Assembly: GCA_050084985.1 (NCBI GenBank)
Contig: JBITNC010000001.1
Span: forward strand, 106,392,001 to 106,456,000
Reading direction: 5' to 3'
Length of the DNA stretch: 64,000 bases
From: Nageia nagi
Lineage: Eukaryota > Plantae > Pinophyta
Below, one piece after another: positions 43,201 through 55,200 of this stretch. Every line of letters starts with the position of its first letter. Position 1 is the first letter of the stretch. The notes under the pieces are model-generated. The model saw only the letters and a program-made list of their open reading frames with translations. It made no database searches and was not told the origin of the DNA. The translations under genes and the position numbers were made by a program.

Positions 43201-46200
43201 TCTTACCTCTAATGTAAACAGGGAAAGAAAGGGAAACACGAATTTGAAATATGTTATGATGCCGCTAAAGGAGTTCATAAATAAAAAAGGATATAGGTGC
43301 CCTCTAAAAGACAGGGAAGACTACAATTGCTGGCCTAATATTCAAACATGTTTGAAGAACTACCCATCAGCTTGTATCACTCACAAATCAACAATATATG
43401 GTTCAGTTGGAGTATACAAAGCCCATTATAACCACACACTGTCTGATCTGTGAATCCTAGTCGTCTATGACCTTTTAGTCTCACCAAATACGGATTTAGC
43501 ACACGTCTCTTAAGTGTTTGCAAAATCAAATTAAGAAACTATAAATCAATCATAAGTTGCTAACTAAGTACAGAAAGAGAGATAAAACATCGTCACCACA
43601 TAAAAAAGACACCAATTTTACCTTGGGGAAACCTCTCTCAGGAAGAAAACCCCAACAACAAACAAAAGCTCTTCTTCTCCTTGAAGATGAAATACAAAAA
43701 TGTCCTTTCAAAAGACCACTCAAAATGCTCTCCAAACAAGCTACAAGATTGCATCCAAGACTACAATGGAAGTCTTATAATATATCCTCAATAAGTCTTC
43801 TCTCTCTAAATAAAATAACACGCAAAATTCCATTGTATTTGACTTATAAATGGGTTTTCCGTCCATGATTCTTTAATTTTCCGACCATGAATTCTCTAAT
43901 TTTCCATCCGCGAATTCTCTGGTTTTCTGTCCGTGAATTCTCTTGTTTTCCGTCCATGAGTTCTCTGGTTTTCCATCCATGAATTCTCTAATTTCTATCT
44001 GTGAATTCTTCACATGAATTCTTTGTCCATAAATTCTCCATCCATGATCTACATTTGTTCTGCATGATTTTTTTGTTCGTTTGATTTTTCCATGGATTCT
44101 TCAGCATGAATCCGTCTGTGTGATTTGTCCATGGATTCTTCCTCATGAATTCTTGATTCTGTCCATGTGATTTCTCTAGCCGCAACTAGGATCTTCCATT
44201 CTACGTGTTTAGGATCTTCTATTCCACATGAATTTTTTGACCTACTCTCCATGGATTCTTGTGTGTAAATTCTTAATTCCTTTCATTTCTTTGGCTACGA
44301 CTAGGATCTTCTACAGATAGTGTTTGGGAATTTCTCTTAATTTTGCATAGGATTTGTTCACATCTTGGATTTTCTCAATTGCATCTCCTTTTCGCATGAG
44401 ATTTATCTTATCCTCTTTGCATGACTAGGATTTGATTCGCACGACTAGGGTCTGATCCACGTTGTGTTTTCTATCTCACGATACGGCTTGTGTCACATCA
44501 AACACTAGTGCAATGTATTCACCCTTAGACAAACCGCTCCCACCGAATTCTCCACTACACCTTTGTGTTAGTGCAGGAGGTTCTTCTAAAATTCATCTCC
44601 CCTACATCAGTTTTGGCAAACGTATGTCCAAGCTTGATAATGCAAACCTCTGTTTAATAGATCAATTGTTCTCTCTTCTTGCAACATACATAGCGCAACA
44701 AAACTTGATTGAGAAACTCAATTCTGACCTCACAAATCAGCTCTCATCTCTCTTGACTGTTTCATATAAACAACAAAATGTCATCAATATCTTACAGGCA
44801 AAGGAGGAAATTCTAATCAAAGACTTGTCCAAATGTTCCAGCTTACCTCCCATTGCCTTTCATGACGAACTCTCCTCCATCCGAGAACTCCTTTCCAACA
44901 AGGAATCTCAAACTTCTTTGGTTGAGAAATTGCAAGAACAATGTTCTTGGACAGAAGTGGTCAAAGGGAAAGGATCCAAACCTCCTCCTATCGTTTTGTC
45001 AATAGTAAAGGAAATTTTTTATGAAGAAAAATGGAGACAATCCAAGACTCTTAATCTTGGAATCAAGGGTCTACCGCTAGGAGAAAATCCATCAAAGACT
45101 GCATTGAACTTCATACATGTCACCTTGAACCATCCTGAAATACCAATTGACAAATCTTGGATTGCCCAAGACTCGTCTCTGACTATTTGTCTTCCTACTA
45201 CAAAACATAGACTCTCCATTCTATGCACTAAGATTTTCCCCTCTCTACCAAAATGCATTTATGTTGATGAAGACCTCACCAGAATGCAATCACAAGAAAT
45301 CTTCTCAACTAGAAAGGAGGTATAGAAAGCAAAAAAAATGTAAGTGGACAGTCATCAGAAATTGTAGAGTAGTGATTAGAGGCACACCTCCTTCCACTAG
45401 TCTAGCAATGGCCCCTACCCCTCCCACCCCCTCAGCATCTAAATGACGACAACAAGATACCCCTTCAGAGCTTTCGCTTACAATTTGGAACTATAATGGC
45501 ATGTTAATGTCCTCCCAGGACAAGTACATGATGTCATCCACAAGGTAGATTTGGTTCTTTTCATCGAAACACACGAGAGTTTTGTTAAGGTGCTTCCATC
45601 TTTTTCTGGATACACATGGATTTCTACATATTGGACTTTAGGTCATCCACACGACATCAATCGTGGTTCAAGTGGGGGGCCTTTCTAGTCTTTGATCATC
45701 TACTCCTTGGGATTCGTGTGGAGGGTATTGACAACTTTGCACATTACATTTGGATCTCCCTATCAAGAGCTCCACCACTTAGGAGAGTTTATTCGCCGAC
45801 TACTACTTCCTACTAGTGACTTCCTCCTACTCCATTCAAGGTTCAAGGGAGTCTTTGTATCTGGACCTCTTTCTTGAGATTACTAGATACTCCTTACAAG
45901 GTGAGATCATGCTCTTGGGTGACTTCAATGGTAGGACAAGGAATATGCAAGCTCAGTACATCGATAGCACGACTAATCCACTCCATCTCTATGCATTAGA
46001 TTGAGTCTTCCATATTCATAGAGATTCAGCACATTCCTTGCCCCCCTTAGGTTTTGGCAGATTCCTACTTAAGCTCTACGAGGTATATAACCTTCTAATC
46101 CTAAACGGTATTGCTCGATTCCCCCAATCCAGCTACCACACTTGTTTCCCCCATGTCAATGACTCCAATGTCATTGACTACATCCTTTCCAATCCTGCTC

Positions 46201-49200
46201 TTGTCCCCCATCGCCCCTCATCTCCCCATTGAAAACCATGCCCATCTAAACCTCTCCTTGCCCCTCCTAACTTCTTGGCCCCCTCAAACCCACCTCGCAC
46301 CATCATTCTGGCTACCGAAGGTACCGCCAAGTACCAGCATAGACTACATGGTTCGTAAGCCTTGGCATCGAACTTATGGGAAGCACCCCTATCTGGTAAG
46401 ACCACTCACGACACATCCCGCTCGTCTAGCCGACTCCGCCTATCCGTCAAGTACTTAGTTACATAATACCCGAGGCCTCCTACCTCCTGGGCATGATCCA
46501 ATCCCTTGGAACATCGAATTGTCATAGTTATCAGAGACGTGGTGCTCACCACCCAACCTGCGACCTTCATACAGGTTTCACCCCTACTATCCCCCTAAGC
46601 TTTATTCACCTTACTGGCCCGTGCAGTCCAACCATAGGAACGGATTCTCTCACTCTTGTCCGCCATGGTTCTTAAGATACGATAGTCCAGTCCATAATGG
46701 ATCCTCGTGTACTAGAGGTGGTGCTCTAAGTACACTCACCACCCCAAGAGAGATTGCCCTCTCATATTCTCCCCCACTTAAAGATGTTGACGACCTTGTT
46801 AATGTAATATACCGAAGGCACAAAATGGGCCTTTGGTAACGACCTGCTCAATTGCGCCACCAATACTGCTCATGGCCTTCAGCGAGGAACTCTTGTATCT
46901 TATTTTCGAAGTTCCACAAGCTCTCCGCTCTTTCCCAAGTATCATTTTCAATGATCTCACCTTCCTAGGCGACAAGATACTCAGTTTTCTTTATCTTCCC
47001 AAAACCCCTTGTTCGCACACCCTTGATTTCCTTTACTATCTTCTGCAGTTTATCAACAATTCCAATAGGTGGGCATGTGGGAACCATTCTCTATCGATTC
47101 TCTAAGTCTTCCACACAAGGTCTCAACTGACTGACATGGAAAACATTATGCATGTTTAGATGGTTGGGTAGTTGAATCATGTATGCTACTTTCCCAATAC
47201 GTTTTATCACCCTAAAAGGCCCATCATACCGTCTTGTAAGTGACTTTGATGTTCCAAGCGCAAATTTGAAATGATCTCCATCGATCCTCAAGAACACCAA
47301 GTCTCCAATCTTAAACTCCAACTCATGTCTCCCTTCATCTACATTCTTCCTCATCCTCTCCTAAGCTTGTAGTAAATACTCCCTTGCATTATCTACCCTT
47401 TCTTTCCAATCTTCTAAGTATCGGGCTGCTCACGAACAGGTGCTATAATACTCAGGAACAACCATGTGGGGAGCGATCGGTTGCCTTCTCGTGGCCAATT
47501 TAAAGGGTGTAAACTTGCTTGAGGCTGACTTCTAACTATTATAACAAAATTGAGCTATGTCTAGCAAGTCTGGCCAATTTGATTGATCGACAGTCACATA
47601 GTATCTCAGATACTCCTCCAAGATACTGTTTTTTTTCTTTGTCTAACCATCAATCTGTGGGTGACAACTAGTCAGCATTAACAACTTAGTACCCATTATC
47701 CTAAATAACTCTAACTAGAAATTGCTAGTGAACATAGCATCTCTATCTGATACAATATTCAACGGTATTCCTCGGTACTTTACCACATACTTGAAGAAAT
47801 AATTGGTTGTTGATGCTGCTTCACAGGGATACTTGCAAGGTATAAAGGTTGCATACTTCGAAAACCTATCTACCACCACCATGATGCTTATGTATCTCCG
47901 AACATCTTGTAAATTGGTAATGAAGTCCAATTGACACTGACCCAAGGTCTAATTGGTACAAAGAGGGGTTGAAGCAAGCCTGTTGGTCGTCTCCTTTCAC
48001 TCCTATCCTGCTGACACAACAAACAACTCCTTACATAGCTCTCCACATCCTTAAATGTATTCGGCCAATAGAACCCTCTTAACAACAAGGCCAACATTCG
48101 ATCTCTCCTAGGATGTCCTGCCCAAGGTGAGTCATGACACTCCAACTCCTTCCTCAACCCATCCCACTTTGGCAATAAACTCTATTGGCTCTGTACAGTA
48201 GCAAACCCATGCGGATTCCGAACTTACTCAATCGGTTTACTCCTACAAACTTATCAACTGAAGCCATCATGGCTTTGGCTTAAGGGTCTTTCTCCATTCC
48301 TTCCCATATTCTTGAAATCAGGTCTCCCAAGAGTTGCACTTGACCCTGTTGATTTGGTTGTTCATTGTCTTTACTCAATTCTTCCTAGCCTTTTACCATT
48401 GCTATGAGGGCACGAGGTGGTTTCTCCTTCACTTGAGTTGGGACAAGCTCCTGCAAGTCCTCACCTTCCTCCTTGAATTGCGACTTGCAACTCAAGGCAT
48501 CTACCATAGCATTTTTCTTCCCTAGTTATATCTGAATTCCCATCATACTCAGCTATGAAATTTGCCCATCTCTCCTTGCCCATCAACTTACTAGACGTTT
48601 TGAAGTAAATGTTGGAAATATTGTCAGTTTTAACCACAAAGGGAGTCCCCAAGAGGTAGTGTCTCCAAACTCTCAAACAATGTAACAGCCACCATCTCCT
48701 TATCATGTGCGGGGTAATTCTTCTCCGCATCTTTCAACTTCCGAGACTCATAAGTGATAGGATGCCCATCCTGAATCAAGACTCCACCAATTCCATAATC
48801 TGACGCATATGTGTGCACCTCAAAAGGTTTAGAGAAGTCAGGCAAGGCCAACATTGCAAACGTTGTGAGCTTACTCTTCAATTCATCAAACGCCCTTTGC
48901 CTAACTTCTGTCCAAAACCACCTTGTTCCTTTTCTCAACAACTGAGTAAGAGGTGTGGCAATCTTGGAATACCCAAACACAAACTTCTTATAGTAGTTGG
49001 CCAAGCCCAAGAATTGCCTTAGTTGGTGAATGTCCTTCGGAAGCTCCCAATCTCGGATAGCATCCAATTTTTTCATCTCAGGCTTAATCTTTGTGTTGAT
49101 TATTGTTACAAAATAGAGCATGCACATATAAGTTCCTCACTTATGGATAACTGAACCGTGCCAAAAAACACATAAGAGTTCCTCACACATGGATAACTGA

Positions 49201-52200
49201 ACAGTGCTAGATTGGCCAATCTTTTTGCTTTAACAATTTGTATAAGTTCCTCACGCAGAGTGAACTTACCACAAAGGTGTACAACAAAATCAACACTATA
49301 CAGCACAAAATCCTCCTAGGGGTGAAGTTGTCATCACAAACATGAATTCAACACCAAAATTCAAACTTCACTCCCCCTTGAGAGCAAATTCACCAACCCA
49401 ATAGCACCCCTAAGCTTACAAAACTGAGCTTCCAAGAGGGACTTGGTGAACAAATCAACGAAGTTGAAGGTGGATGGACAATACTCCAGATGTATGATGC
49501 CATCATGAACCTTCTTCCTAATAAAATGTGCCTAAATTTCCACATGTTTTGTTCTCTCATGGAACATAGGATTCTTAGCCAAAGAGATCGCCAACTGATT
49601 GCTTGGAAAAATCAAAGATGAGCCACTTTGCTCATACCCAATTTCTTTCAGAAGATGCCTTAGCCAAATGGCTTCCTAAGCTGCAACAGACATGGCACGG
49701 TATTCAACTTCTATGTTGGAAAGAGAAACAATAAGTTGCTTCTTGGAAGCCCAAGAGATAGCACCTGAACCAATGCTAAATACATACACAGAGGTTGATT
49801 TCTTGTCATCTGTATCTCCCCCATAGTTAGAATCTGAGAATCCAAAGAGAACAAGCGAAAGCAACTTAGAATACTTGAGAGCAAGATCTTTAGTCCCTGC
49901 AACGTACCTCAAGATTTGCTTAACAGCATTGAGGTACTCAACATATGGTTTCTGCATGAATCGTGCCATCAGATTCACTTCAAAAGCAATATCTAACCTA
50001 AAAATAGTCAAATACAAAAGACTACCAATTAATTGCTTATAAGCTGTAGCATCAGCCAACTGAAAGTTGGAGCTCAGAAAAACAATGATTCCAAGAGAGA
50101 CTAAGATCGCAACATATCTACACTTCTCCATTTCAAACTTCTACCAAATGCCTGATATATACTTAAATTGACTAAGATAAGTACAATCCTTGTATTGATA
50201 CATTTGCATTCCAAAATAGTAGTGCAAGAGACCAAGATCAATCATTTCAAACATTGCCTTAAGTTTGGATATGCACTCTTGAATGATTTCTTCATTGTTC
50301 TCAGTTATCAGAAGATCATTCACATAAAGGAGAATCAAGACCATGTCTTTTCCCTGAATGAGCACATATAAATCAGTGTCAGAAAAACACTTAGAGAGAT
50401 CAATGTCTGCAAAATACCTTGAAATCTTCTTGTACCAGGCTCTAAGTGCTTGCTTAAGTTCATATAATGACTTCTTTAACTTGCACACAAAGGACTCTTT
50501 CCCTTCCATAATGAACCCTTCTAGTTGATTCATGAAGATTTCCACATCTAAGTCACCATTGAGAAATGCACTCTTGACGTCAAGTTGAAAAACTTTCCAT
50601 CTTTGAGCTGCAAAAAAAGCAAGGATAATTCTCACAATAGGCATCTTTGCCACAAGAGTAAAGGTCTCCTCATAATCTAAACCATATTTCTAAGCAAAAC
50701 CTTTGGCTACTAACCTTGCCTAGTATTTCTCAATATCCCCAACAGAATTGAATTTGATCTTGAAGATCCATTTATTGCCAATCACATTCTTCTCATTGGG
50801 ATAAAGAACCAAATCCTAAGTTTTATTTTTCATAAACGCCTCATACTCCACTTTCATGGCTTCCATCTAGCACTCGTGTTTAAAAGCTTCTTTGAAGGTT
50901 GAGGCTCATGCTTGTTGTCAATGTTGGCAAATAAGGATTTGTTCAAGGTCATGCTCCTTGTTACCTTTTGTGTTAGAGAATTTTGTTCCTAAAGTGAGTT
51001 GTCTAGATCAATATCTAACCAGCTACGTGCAACTAAAGAGTCCTTTGAATCATCAACATCCTTATTAGAAGCAGATTCTTCAGGAAGTTCATTGAACTTT
51101 ACATCCCTTGAAACAAACATGACTTTGTAGGATGGAGAGTAGAGCCTGTAGCCTCTATGCTAACTGTCATAACCCACAAAGATGCATTTTTCAGCTTTTT
51201 TGTCCAACTTTTTCCTTTTCTCAAAAACAATGTAAGAGAATGCTTCACAACCAAACACCCTAAGATGAGAAATGTTAAGTTTTCTTCCTGACCATGCCTC
51301 AAAAGGAGTTTTACCATGAATGTCTTTTGTGAGACACCTATTCAAGGTGTAAATAGTAGTGCTCACGGTTTCACACCACAAGAAACCAGGAAGATTACCC
51401 AACATGCATCTAGCCATTTTCATAATTGTTCTATATTTCCTTTTGACAACACCATTTTGCTAAGGAGTGTAAGGAATCGTAAATTGCCTCTTGATTCCAT
51501 ACTTAGCACAATAGTCATTGAACTCATTGTTGTTATATTCTCCCCCATTATCTGATTTCAACATCTTGATTTTAAGGTTAAAGTTAGTTTAATTCTCAAC
51601 AAAGGCCTTAAAAACCTTAAAACTCTCTAAGGTTTGATCCTTGTGCTCAAGTAGATACCTAAAGGTCATTCTACTAAAATCATCAATGAAAGTCAAGACG
51701 TAAGATGCTTCTCCAAACGACTTAGTCTGAAACAAACCCATCAAATCTAAATGCACAAGTTGAAGCGGTTGAGATACTCTTGTTGCCTTATCTTTTTCAA
51801 ATTTTTGTCTACGCATCTTGCCAAGAATGCATTTCTCATATAGATCAATCGAAGGAGAAACTGAAAGCAAACCTTCCACAAGTTCTTGGTCTTTCATGAC
51901 TTGAATACTCTTGTGGTTAAGGTGCCCTAAACGTTGGTGTCAAAGATTGCCTCTAGAACACACACTTGTAGCAAAACACATCTTTGATGGAACTTGATCC
52001 ACAATGTAGAGATTATCTTTTACTGATCCTTTAACTAATGTGGCAAATCCTTTCTTAATGCACCAGAATTGAGAGTCGAACTCAAAAGAGTACCCTTTTC
52101 TAGCAACTTGGATCACAAAGAGAAGGTTCATCCTAAGCTTAGGAACATAGCACATTGTCAAGAACTTTCCCGTGAATCAACACACTCCCAATTCCTTGAA

Positions 52201-55200
52201 TTTCAAAGGTAGAGTTATCACCTATCACAACCATATCTTTTCTATACTTCTGAAAGTTCTCAAACTTTTCCTTTTCAAAGCATAGGTGATTAATGCAACC
52301 AGCGTCAACAATCCGATCAAACAAAAAAGTACGAGACATAGAGTAAAGCACCGTAGCACAACCAACTTGAATATTCTTCTTTCCTTTGAAATTCTTTACA
52401 TTTTTTCTTTTTGTAACAATCAACTTTTTTGTGATCTTGGATGCCACAATAGTTGCAATTACCATCAAACTTTTCCTTAGGATATGGATTGTTTGTTTTG
52501 TCTTTTCCATCTCTTTGTTTGAAGTGGTTGTTGTTGTTGTTGTTGTTCCTATTGTTGCCATTGTTCTTGCTGCTGTTGTTGCTATTGCCTCTTTTCTCAA
52601 ACCTTTTAGAGGAGGAAGGATAAGATTTCTTTTAATGGTTGAACTTCTTCTTGAAAGGAGTTTTGGTTGCTCCAAAAGCAACGTTATTATCCTTGGGAAA
52701 AGAAATCAACACCTTTTTATTAAGGGTTTCCTCATGCTTCAAAATGAGCCTAGAAAGGTTCTCGAGAGAGAAAACTTCATCATCAAGCCTTGTTTCCATA
52801 ACTGTCACAAAGCTTCCAAACTTTGAAGAAAAGCTTTGAACAATGATGAAGACCATGAACTCATCATTGATCCAATTGCACCCACAAGCAACAAGTTGGA
52901 TCCTTAAATCAATAATTTTGTTCAAATAGGTAGCCACATTTTCATCTTCCCCTTGATAAGATTGAAGCAATTTTTAGAAAATGGTAAACCTTCTTGAAAA
53001 CTTAAAACCAAGGTAGATTTGCTTAAATTTATCCCAAGCTTCCTTTGCCTAGGTTGAAAAGAAAATCATCAAGAGCACATCATCTGAAACTGCACAAAAA
53101 ATCATGGAGGTTGCCAACTCATTTTTTGTGTTGTAGGCCTCAAATGCCTTCTTATCCGTAGGAGCAACAAGGTTCTCATTCACTATTTGCCAAAGCTTCC
53201 TTGTCTGCAATTCAGCTCTCATCTGAGGTTCCTAAATCCCAAAGTCGGAACCATCAAGAATGTGTTTGGGTAAAAAGGAGTCTCCCATTTGCTACACAAA
53301 GATGTGAAAACAAAATAATAAGCATGTGGTTCAATAAACAACATTATATATTAAGTTTTAACCAAGTAAATAATAAATGTTAAATTTAACACTAGAGACA
53401 TGCTTGATTTCATTCTCAAGTGCAAATGTTTTACAACTCAAATAATAACCCATGTACCCAAACACATTTCTCATCTCAAAAACCGTAGATGTAGAGTGCC
53501 ATTGTTGAGATTTGTTTTCTTGTCTAAAATTAAGCCTTCACCTAGATGCCCACACAAGAAAAGCCCAAGTTCTACCAATCCTCAACCAGTTCCCCTTAGG
53601 CAACAATATACTCTCACAAGGAGAAGTACTAGTTATTTTCCAAGGTTTCGACGTTTATTGGATTGGCCAAATTATTAATCTTGATTAGGTTTCAAGTTGT
53701 CCTCCTAGGTTATCTGTATAATCCCTGAATGGACGTGCAGATATGTGGTATCACTACACACATACGTGTTAAGGTTTGTTTTCTTGTCTAAAAAAAAACC
53801 TTCACTTGCATGCCCACACAAAAGGAGCCCAGGTCCTACCAATCCTCAACCAGTTCCCCTTGAACAACAATATACTCTCACAAGAAGAAGTACTAGCTAT
53901 TTTTCAAGGTTCCGACATTTATTGGATCGACCAAATTATTAATCTTGATTCAGTTTCAAGTTGTCCTCCTAGGTTATCAAAATAATCCCTGAATGGACAT
54001 GCGGATATGTGGTATCACTACACACATACTTGTCCACCTAATAGAGTAATGTCCAGACCAACAAAAGACTTAGGGGCAATTGAGAAGTACAAACTTTTTA
54101 CCATTTGGATCATCAGACTTAAAGGCTCCAGTCCGCCTGTCCTCACCTCATGGCTCTTCAAACAAGTCATGTTGCAGAATGTACGTGCGGATGTGTTCAT
54201 TGTAGGAGGTTGCTCATATCAATGTTTGCATTTTTGTTTGCATAAGCAAATAAATCAAAATGAGAAACATGAAGTAAAGAGCATAAGTAAAACATCATCC
54301 ATTCAAAATTTGAAACCTAAATGTCCAATGGGGTTTTGTTTACTAACCTCTAAAGAACATCTTTACACAAATCCATATTTTGCACAAGTCCATTCCATAC
54401 TTTGCATAAGGAAATAAAAATTAGGGAGTCATCAAAGATTTTTTTTTTTAAATCATTCCCATAACTTAAAAAAATTTAAGCATGCATCATTCCATTATTT
54501 CCATAGTTTGCATAAGTCCATTTTGCATAAAAAAAAAATGCTTAGAAAAGTATCAAAAAAAATTGGTATGCTTCCATAAAAAAATTCTTATAATTTTATG
54601 TTAAAAAACAATAAAAATTCCTCCCCCTTTTGTTTACTTAAAAACTTTTAGGCAACATGATCCCTTTAATAAATACTTAGATAAAAAAATGCTAGTTTTA
54701 CTTTAAAAAAATTTATCTAAGTAAATATATGAAGGTAAAAAAATTGCCATATTTTGTAAAAAGTAGGAGAGTAATGATGACAATTTACTCAACATTAATG
54801 TAGTTTTGGCCATCTACACACTCTAAAGCAAGTTTAAATGCACTTCATGATGGGCAAGATCATACAATGCTTTAAAAAATGGAGTATACATTTTGGACAA
54901 GAAATTAATGCTACTAGTTGCATTAAATACAAAAGGTGACTTGCAAGTAATTCCAAAGATAATCAGGAAGCAAAAAGCAAAGAGCAATAAAACATTGCGT
55001 AGGTTTAAGAGCAAAGAGGGTAATCAAGAAGCAAAGGGCAAAGCACTAGCAAGGGCCATGAGGGAGTGACCTAGGAGGGTGCGAGGGTTTTGAGCAGCGT
55101 GAGGAGCAAATGAAGGGGCTGTGTGAAGAGAGGTCACACAAGGAGAAAGAGCAGGCAACCAAATTAATTCGCCTTTCCCATTGTCCTTAAAGCGTGCATC

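Noticed and set aside
44462-45325. 287-aa ORF as an independent nested host gene
   Set aside because: Immediately followed by APE endonuclease motifs and interrupted by a stop; it is LINE ORF1.
49094-49370. Short 3' LTR of the copia (follows AAGGGGGAG, TG...CA-like ends)
   Set aside because: No similarity to the PBS-adjacent LTR at 56095-56589; treated as 3' non-coding region, though not fully excluded.
52386-52826. 146-aa hydrophobic poly-Val ORF as a membrane protein
   Set aside because: Antisense shadow of the (AAC)n tract in copia gag.
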